Source of the DNA: Octopus vulgaris
Taxonomy: Eukaryota
DNA length: 64,000 bases
NCBI GenBank assembly: GCA_951406725.2
Contig: OX597827.1
Coordinates: 14,012,001-14,076,000, forward strand
Direction: 5' to 3'
A model generated the notes under the pieces. The model was not told the origin of the DNA, made no database searches, and worked only from the letters and a program-made list of their open reading frames with translations. Within the stretch, counting starts at the first letter, position 1; every line of letters begins with the position of its first letter. The position numbers were made by a program, and so were the translations under genes. This document shows positions 54,611-64,000 of the stretch, one piece after another.

Positions 54611-55138
54611 TTAAAAAACAGTAACATACTATTTCTTTCTTTTTTTTTTTTTCTTCTAGGGAATGGGGGCAACAGAGTAGCCAAAATATGCTAAAATATA
54701 ACACCCTACTGTTTTAAAAGGAATGACTCATTGGATGATATAGTCAGAAAATCCAAAAGATAAGATAGTTTGTGACCGGAATGCTTTTGATCACAGGTCT
54801 TTTCATTCAAGATTGAACTGGGGCCAAAGAACAAAAGCGAGTAAAAAGTTACCTTTGGGTAAATAGGTATTCTTTGATATATTAACAACTAATGTCAAAC
54901 TTATTTCTGGCTATATAAACCTATTAATTCTTCTTTACAGTCTTACATGCCATATTCTCCGTTTTTCACATATTTTCCACATCAAAGTCAAATTTTTCAA
55001 ACCAAAATTTACATCTAGAAAGTGTAGATCAACTTATTTCTGAAGACTGAAGACGGCTTTGGCAGACCAAACACTCCATTTGAAATGTAGCATGATTTTA
55101 AAAGATAGTGATAATATTTGAATATATATATACATATC

Positions 55139-55170
<32 letters not shown>

Positions 55171-55248
55171 TGTATATATACATATATGTGTGTATATATA
55201 TATATATATATGTATATGTATATATATGTATATATATATATACATATA

Positions 55249-55282
<34 letters not shown>

Positions 55283-56159
55283 CTTATATATATTTATAAA
55301 TACATATATGTGTATGTGTGTATATATATATATATATACACACATATATATGCATATATACATATATATATATGTATATATACATAAAGACCATTCATGC
55401 CTGAGTCGCTGCCAGTGCCGCCTGACTGACTCCCCATGCCAGTAGCACATAAAAAGCACCATCCAAACCTGGTTGATGTCAGTCCCCCCACCCTCACTGC
55501 CCCAACTGGGTCCCATGCCTGTGGCACATAAAAAGCACCCACTACACTCTCGGAGTGGTTGGCATTAGGAAGGGCATCCAGCTGTAGAAACGTTGCCAGA
55601 TCTGATCAGGGCCTGGTGCAGTCTCCTGGCTTGCCAGTCCCCAGTCAAACCGTCCAACCCATGCCAGCATGGAAAGCGGACATTAAACGTTGATGATAAT
55701 TATGACATGTATGCTGAAAAATATGGTAAGTGCTTCCAGGTGAATTATAACATTCACATCTTATTTTGGATGATATCTACTTGCTCATCAATAATCATCT
55801 AGAGTCTAGAGATAATGAACAAAATTCTACAAAGTTATTTGGCCTTCTAGAAATAGCAACCAAATCTCCCTCAAACCACAGACTACTAGCTTAAAAAAAA
55901 GGAGACGTTGGATTATGTAGACCAGATTAAACAATTTATGAAAAAGAAAAGACAATATTCTTTTATGCTTTTAATTGTTTCAGTTACTTGGCAGTGGCCA
56001 TGCTGGAGCACTATCTTTAGTTAAACAAATCAACTCAAGGACTTATTCTTTGTAAGCTTAGTGCTTATTCTATCAGTCTCTTTTGCCAAACCATTAAGTT
56101 ACAGGGACCTAAACATACCAACATTGGTTGTCAAGTGATGGTGGGAGGGGGGACAAACA

Positions 56160-57878
<1,719 letters not shown>

Positions 57879-57904
57879 ATTCTTCTATACACAATCACAC
57901 ACAC

Positions 57905-57938
<34 letters not shown>

Positions 57939-58479
57939 GCGCGCATACACATATATATACACGATGGACTTCTTTCAGTTTCTGCCTACCAATCACAAGG
58001 CTTTAGTTGGCCCGTGGCTATAGTGGATGACACTTGCCCAAGGTGCCACACGGCAGGACTGAACCTAGAACCATGTGATTGGGAAGCAGGTTTCTTACCA
58101 CACAGCCACACCTGCACCTATATGGTCACAATTTTTTTTTTACTTCTTTTTTAATTGCTTAGTTGGAGGAGCAAAAATGGGACCCACTGTCCTTGGCCCC
58201 ACTTTTCTTTTTTTTTATCGGAAACTCTGAGTTTCAGAGGAAGAGAGGAAGTCATGCTCAGACTGATGACCTAACTGAAATGATTGAGTGTAAGTTTGCA
58301 TGATCAGCACTGAAAGGGATGGGAGGTCAACAACAATAGCAACAATAACAGCAACAGCAACAACAACATTAAAACAGTCAACATGCTTATGAAGTACCAA
58401 TCTCAATCAACATAATCCCCATTAACAGTCTTCTTTCTCACTGAATCCTTAAAAGCATAAAAGAGCTACCATCTTATTA

Positions 58480-58915
58480 CCACCAACATTACCACCACCA
58501 TCACCAAACATCACCACCACCACCACCACCATCATCATCGTCATCACCATCACGCTCATCATCACCACCACCACCACCACCACTATCATCATCATTGAGG
58601 TCGTCATCGTCAATCACCCTCATCACCACCACCTCCACCACCACCATCACCACCACCACTACCACCATCATCATCGTCATCACCATCACGCTCATCATCA
58701 CTACCACCACCACTATCATCATCATTGAGGTCGTCATCGTCAATCACCCTCATCACCACCACCATCACCATCACCATCACCACCACCACCACCACCATCG
58801 CCCTCATAATCATCATCGTCACCATCATGCTCATCACCACCACCACCACCACCATCATTATCATCATCATCATCATCACCATCATCAACACCATCATCAT
58901 CATCATCATCATCAA
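58480..58915. repeat. (CAC)/(CAT) low-complexity tract with a ~130-bp internal duplication
   Basis: cattgaggtcgtcatcgtcaatcaccctcatc occurs twice (~58593 and ~58723). Confidence 0.9.
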
Positions 58916-59380
58916 GAATCAGTATTAAAATAAAGGAAATATGCATAAAAATTCAAGGAAGCAGAAATTCATTCCCTGATAGCGAGTTTTCCACCCAAAA
59001 TAGTTTTGATGAAGAACACCCACTTCATTAGAAAGAGAATGAAACAGTATATTCTAAGCATCCTAATTGTATTACAATTTGCTCATTTGTAAGGAAACTT
59101 CCAGAAAGTTTATGAATACTACTAAATTGGAAGTGTAAAAATATCAAGTGCTGTATCATCAGACTTAATAACATCAGCAAAAATTCACCTGCATCCTCAA
59201 TGCAGAAATCAAAAAAAGTTTCTACAAAAACGACTAATGAAACAGAATAATTTTGCAAACATACTTCAGATATAAGGTATTCCTCTTCTTCGTTATGATA
59301 TTATTTGGAAAATATTGTTGGGACTTTCAAACAGTTATCAAATATACTAAATATTTTAATTGAAATACTCTCTCTCTCTC

Positions 59381-60054
59381 TTTACTCTTTTACTTGTTTC
59401 AGTCATTTGACTGCGGCCAGCCATGCTGGAGCACCACCTTTAATCGAGCAACTCGACCCCGGGACTTATTCTTTTGTAAGCCCAGTACTTATTCTATCGG
59501 TCTCTTTTGCCGAACCGCTAAGTGACGGGGACATAAACACACCAGCATCGGTTGTCAAGCAATGCTAGGGGGACAAACACAGACACACAAACACATATAT
59601 ATATATATATATATATATACTTTTTTTTTTTTATTTACTCTTTTTACTTGTTTCAGTCATTTGACTGCGGCCATGCTGGAGCACCACCTTTAGTCGAGCA
59701 AATCGACCCCGGGACTTATACTTTTGTAAGCCCAGTACTTATTCTATCGGTCTCTTTTGCTGAATCGCTAAGTGACGGGGAACGTAAACACACCAGCATC
59801 AGTTATCAAGCAATACTAGGGGGACAAACACACACACACAAACACATACACAGACACACACATATATATATATATATATATACATATATACGACAGGCTT
59901 CTTTCAGTTTCCGTCTACCAAATCCACTCACAAGGCATTGGTCCACCCGGGGCTATAGCAGAAGACACTTGCCCAAGGTGCCATGCAGTGGGACTGAACC
60001 AGGAACCATGTGGTTGGTTAGCAAGCTACTTACCACACAGCCACTCCTGCGCCT
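59381..60054 (-). mobile_element. Partial plus full SINE A copies
   Basis: Tail half 59381-59590; full copy 59632-60054. Confidence 0.9.
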
Positions 60055-60093
60055 ATTAAAAAAAAAATTTTTTTTTCAATGTGATGGAGAATA

Positions 60094-60360
60094 TTCTTTG
60101 ATATATTAGCAACTAATGTCAAACTTATTTCTGGCTATATAAACCTATTAATTCTTCATTTCAGTCTTACATGCCATATTCTTCATTTTTCACATATTTT
60201 CCACATCAAAGTCAAATTTTTCAAACCAAAATTTACATCTAAAAAGTGTAGATCAACTTATTCCTGAAGACTAAAGATGGCTTTGGCAGACCAAACACTC
60301 CATTTGAAATGCAGCATGATTTTAAAAGATAGTGATAATATTTGAATATATATATACATA

Positions 60361-60414
<54 letters not shown>

Positions 60415-60426
60415 TGTATATATACA

Positions 60427-60457
<31 letters not shown>

Positions 60458-60544
60458 GTATATGTATATATATGTATATATATATATACATATATATATG
60501 TGTATATATATATATATATTTATATATATTTATGAATACATATA

Positions 60545-60598
<54 letters not shown>

Positions 60599-60838
60599 TA
60601 TGCATATATACATATATATGTATATATACATATATATATGTATATATACATAAGCACCATTCATGCATGAGTCGTTGCCAGTGCCGCCTGATTGACTCCC
60701 CATGCCAGTGGCACATAAAAAGCACTATCCAAACTTGGTCGATGTCAGTCCCCCCACCCTCACCGCCCCAACTGGGTCCCATGCCAGTGGCACGTAAAAT
60801 GCACCCGCTACACTCTCGGAGTGGTTGGTGTTAGGAAG
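60094..60838 (+). repeat. Duplicated copy of 54868-55570
   Basis: I counted 10 substitutions in the first ~270 bp; flanked by identical 87-bp direct repeats at 60007-60093 and 60856-60942. Confidence 0.9.
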
Positions 60839-61535
60839 CATCAGTTATCAGTTATCATGTGGTTGGTTAGCAAGCTACTTACCACACAGCCACTCCTGCG
60901 CCTATTAAAAAAAAAATTTTTTTTTCAATGTGATGGAGAATAGAGTTTTTCCATCTTAAATTTTAATTTCTTTCTGCTTATTGATTGACCATGAGTCTAC
61001 AGTGTCCTGCTGTTGTTGTTATTGTTGTTGTTGTTGACGTTGTTGTTATTATTACTGTTGTTGTGGTATAATTATTTTACATGAATAAATACAATGGTTA
61101 ATGCCACTAAATTCTTTTACAGTAATTATGGTTGAGGGGTAGAAACTTACAGAGGAAGACAATTGATCACATTAGACATGGATTTCAAAGGAGTTTTATG
61201 TGTATCTATATATAGCAGGGCTTGGCTCATCAGCTCCTGACTCACCAGCTCTGGTCAAACTGTCCAGCCCATGGATGTTGATAATTATATATATATATAC
61301 ATATAAGAAAAGGCATAGATAATAGGTTTTACTTATTTATTTGTGCATTTAATAATGTTTTGTGTGTGTGTGTAGTATATATATATATATATATATAGAC
61401 CAATAGAATAAGTACCAGGGTTAACAAAAATTAAGTATTGGGGTTGATTCATTCAACCAAAAATTCTTCAAGGCAGTGCCCCAACATGGCCACAGTCTAA
61501 TCATAAAAACAAGTAAAAAGTAAAAGATATATATA

Positions 61536-62243
61536 CTCTTTTACTTGTTTCAGTCCTTTGACTGCAGCCATGCTGGAGCACCACCTTTAGTCGAGCAAAT
61601 CAACCCCAAGACTCATTGTTTGTAAACCTAGTACTTTTTCTATCGGTCACTTTTGCTGAACCACTAAGTTATGGGGACACCAGCATTGGTTGTCAAGCAA
61701 CGTTGGGGTAACAAACACAGACACACAAACACACACATATATACATATATACGACAGGCTTCCTTCAGTTTCCATCTACCAAATCTACCGAGAAGACATT
61801 TTCCCAAGGTGCCACGCAGTGGGACTGAACCTGGACCCATGTGGTTGGTAAGCAAGCTACTTACAACACAGCCACTCCTGCGCCTATATGATAATTATAT
61901 ATATACATATAAGAAAAGGCATAGATAATAGGTTTTACTTATTTATTTGTGCATTTAATAATGTTTTGTGGGTGTATAATATATATAGACTAATATAGAC
62001 CATTAGAATAAGTACCAGGTTTAACAAAAATTAAGTATTGGGGTTGATTCATTTAACCAAAAATTCTTCAAGGCAGTGCCCCAACATGGCCACAGTCTAA
62101 TCGCAAAAACAAGTAAAAGGTAAAAGATATATATACTGTTTTACTCTTTTACTCCTTTACTTGTTTCAATCATTTGACTGTGGCCATACTGGAGCACTGC
62201 CTTTAGTCGAACAAACTGACCACAGGACTTATTCTCTGTAAGC

Positions 62244-62285
<42 letters not shown>

Positions 62286-62806
62286 AACGGCAGGCTTCTT
62301 TCAGTTTCCAACTACCAAATCCAGTCAGAAGGCTTTGGTCGGCCCAGGGCTATAGTAGAAGACACTTGCCCAAGGTGCCACATAGTGGGACTGAACCCGG
62401 AACCATGTGGTTTGTAAAGAAGCTACATACCACACAGCCACCCACACAAACACATACGTGCACATATACTCTTTTACTTGTTTCAGTCATTTGACTGCGG
62501 CCATGCAGGAGCACCACCTTTAATTGAGCAATTAGACCCAGGGCTTATTCTTTTTGTAAGCCCAGTACTTATTCTACCGGTCTCTTTTTGCCGAACCGCT
62601 AAGTAACGGGGACATAAACACACACACGCATATATATATACATATATACGACAGGCTTCTTTCAGTTTCTGTCTACCAAATCCACTCACAAGGCTTTGGT
62701 CGGCCCGAGGCTATAGAAGACACTTGCCCAAAGTGCCACGCAGTGGGACTGAACCCGGAACCATGTGGTTAGTAAACAAGCTACTTACCACACAGCCACA
62801 CCTGCG

Positions 62807-62809
<3 letters not shown>
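61536..62809 (-). mobile_element. Cluster of three SINE A copies (61536-61885, 62137-62445, 62468-62809)
   Basis: Homology to family A. Confidence 0.85.
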
Positions 62810-62855
<46 letters not shown>

Positions 62856-62996
62856 GTAATAATGAAGGGTGAAATTAATTAATTTGGAATAATTATCAAT
62901 TACACCAAGTAGTCTTCGGCATGTAAAAGCCTCATTCGAGGAAAATTTAAGTAATACATATATATATATATATATACATTATATATACATACATAC

Positions 62997-63038
<42 letters not shown>

Positions 63039-63670
63039 TATGTATGTATGTATGTATATATGTACACATTGTACCCCAATAATTTTGGGCTTCTAACTGG
63101 TTTTGGATACGCTAACTGTTCACAGTGGAAATACCACAAATAATTCACTGAGCTGTAGAATGCTTTGTGGATAGAAGCCAATGTATTTCTTTTGTTGCCA
63201 TTTGCAGAGAGAAATTAGGAGAGTAGCTAGTAGGATGTTGTCCATTGTTCTATAAAAATATTTGTGTACATACACGCATGTGTACATACACGTATTTATG
63301 TGCGTATTCATCATTATTTTTTTTTCCTAATCTGTCTTTGAGAGCTAGAGACAATATTGTAATTAGGATTAGCTTTAGAATTTAGGACTAAAAGAAGAAA
63401 GATGTTATTTTTTGAAGTTTATTTAAAGCTTACCAGCATGAGTTTCCACCATGCAGTTAATCCTTAGAATAAACTTATAACAAAAAAAAAAGAAGAAAGA
63501 AAAAAAAAATCTATAATTCTAATGCTAATACTTATTACAGTATTCCCTCTACCTCGCAAAAATAGAAAATGAGTAAAATAAAACTAGCATAAGCATATAC
63601 TCATGCATATACACATATGTACACATGCACACACACACACACACATATGTATACATGCATGCATACATAC

Positions 63671-63720
<50 letters not shown>

Positions 63721-63741
63721 GTATATATATATATATGTATA

Positions 63742-63870
<129 letters not shown>

Positions 63871-63895
63871 GTATATATATATATGTATATATATG

Positions 63896-63931
<36 letters not shown>

Positions 63932-64000
63932 TATATGTGTGTATATATATATATATATGTGTGTATATATATGTATATATATATGTGTGTGTGTGTGTGT

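Noticed and set aside
58238-58289. Plus-strand exon candidate (RKRGSHAQTDDLTEMIE)
   Set aside because: It is isolated, has no partner exons, and overlaps a PLE-like GAAACTCTGAGTTTC palindrome.
61151-61205. Possible upstream minus-strand exon (DTHKTPLKSMSNVINCLP, donor gtaagt)
   Set aside because: The phase could join exon 1 only through a weak acceptor (tacttgaag), and there is no independent support.

Overview
AT-rich, repeat-saturated animal genomic DNA. The SINE, LINE and microsatellite repertoire resembles what I recall from Octopus (inference, not searched). Nearly all long ORFs in the supplied track are microsatellite artefacts. Content I can support: (1) a probable spliced minus-strand host gene reconstructed by hand from GT-AG sites and matching exon phases (49957 to about 21172, ~172 aa, weakly Erf4/GOLGA7/CHIC-like), whose frame depends on a 16-nt micro-exon; (2) Penelope-like element (PLE) remnants, two with recognisable GIY-YIG endonuclease and an inverted terminal copy, plus several minimal hammerhead-ribozyme (HHR)-like motifs and fold-back hairpins in (TA)n; (3) fragments of RTE, CR1-like, R4/Dong and HERO-like LINEs; (4) many tRNA-derived SINEs of at least four families; (5) two piggyBac-type MITEs; (6) minisatellites and satellites; (7) a templated local insertion with an 87-bp target duplication. 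I found no rRNA, genuine tRNA gene or CRISPR array. I found no clearly new biological system; the best leads are the micro-exon gene and the PLE/HHR structures.
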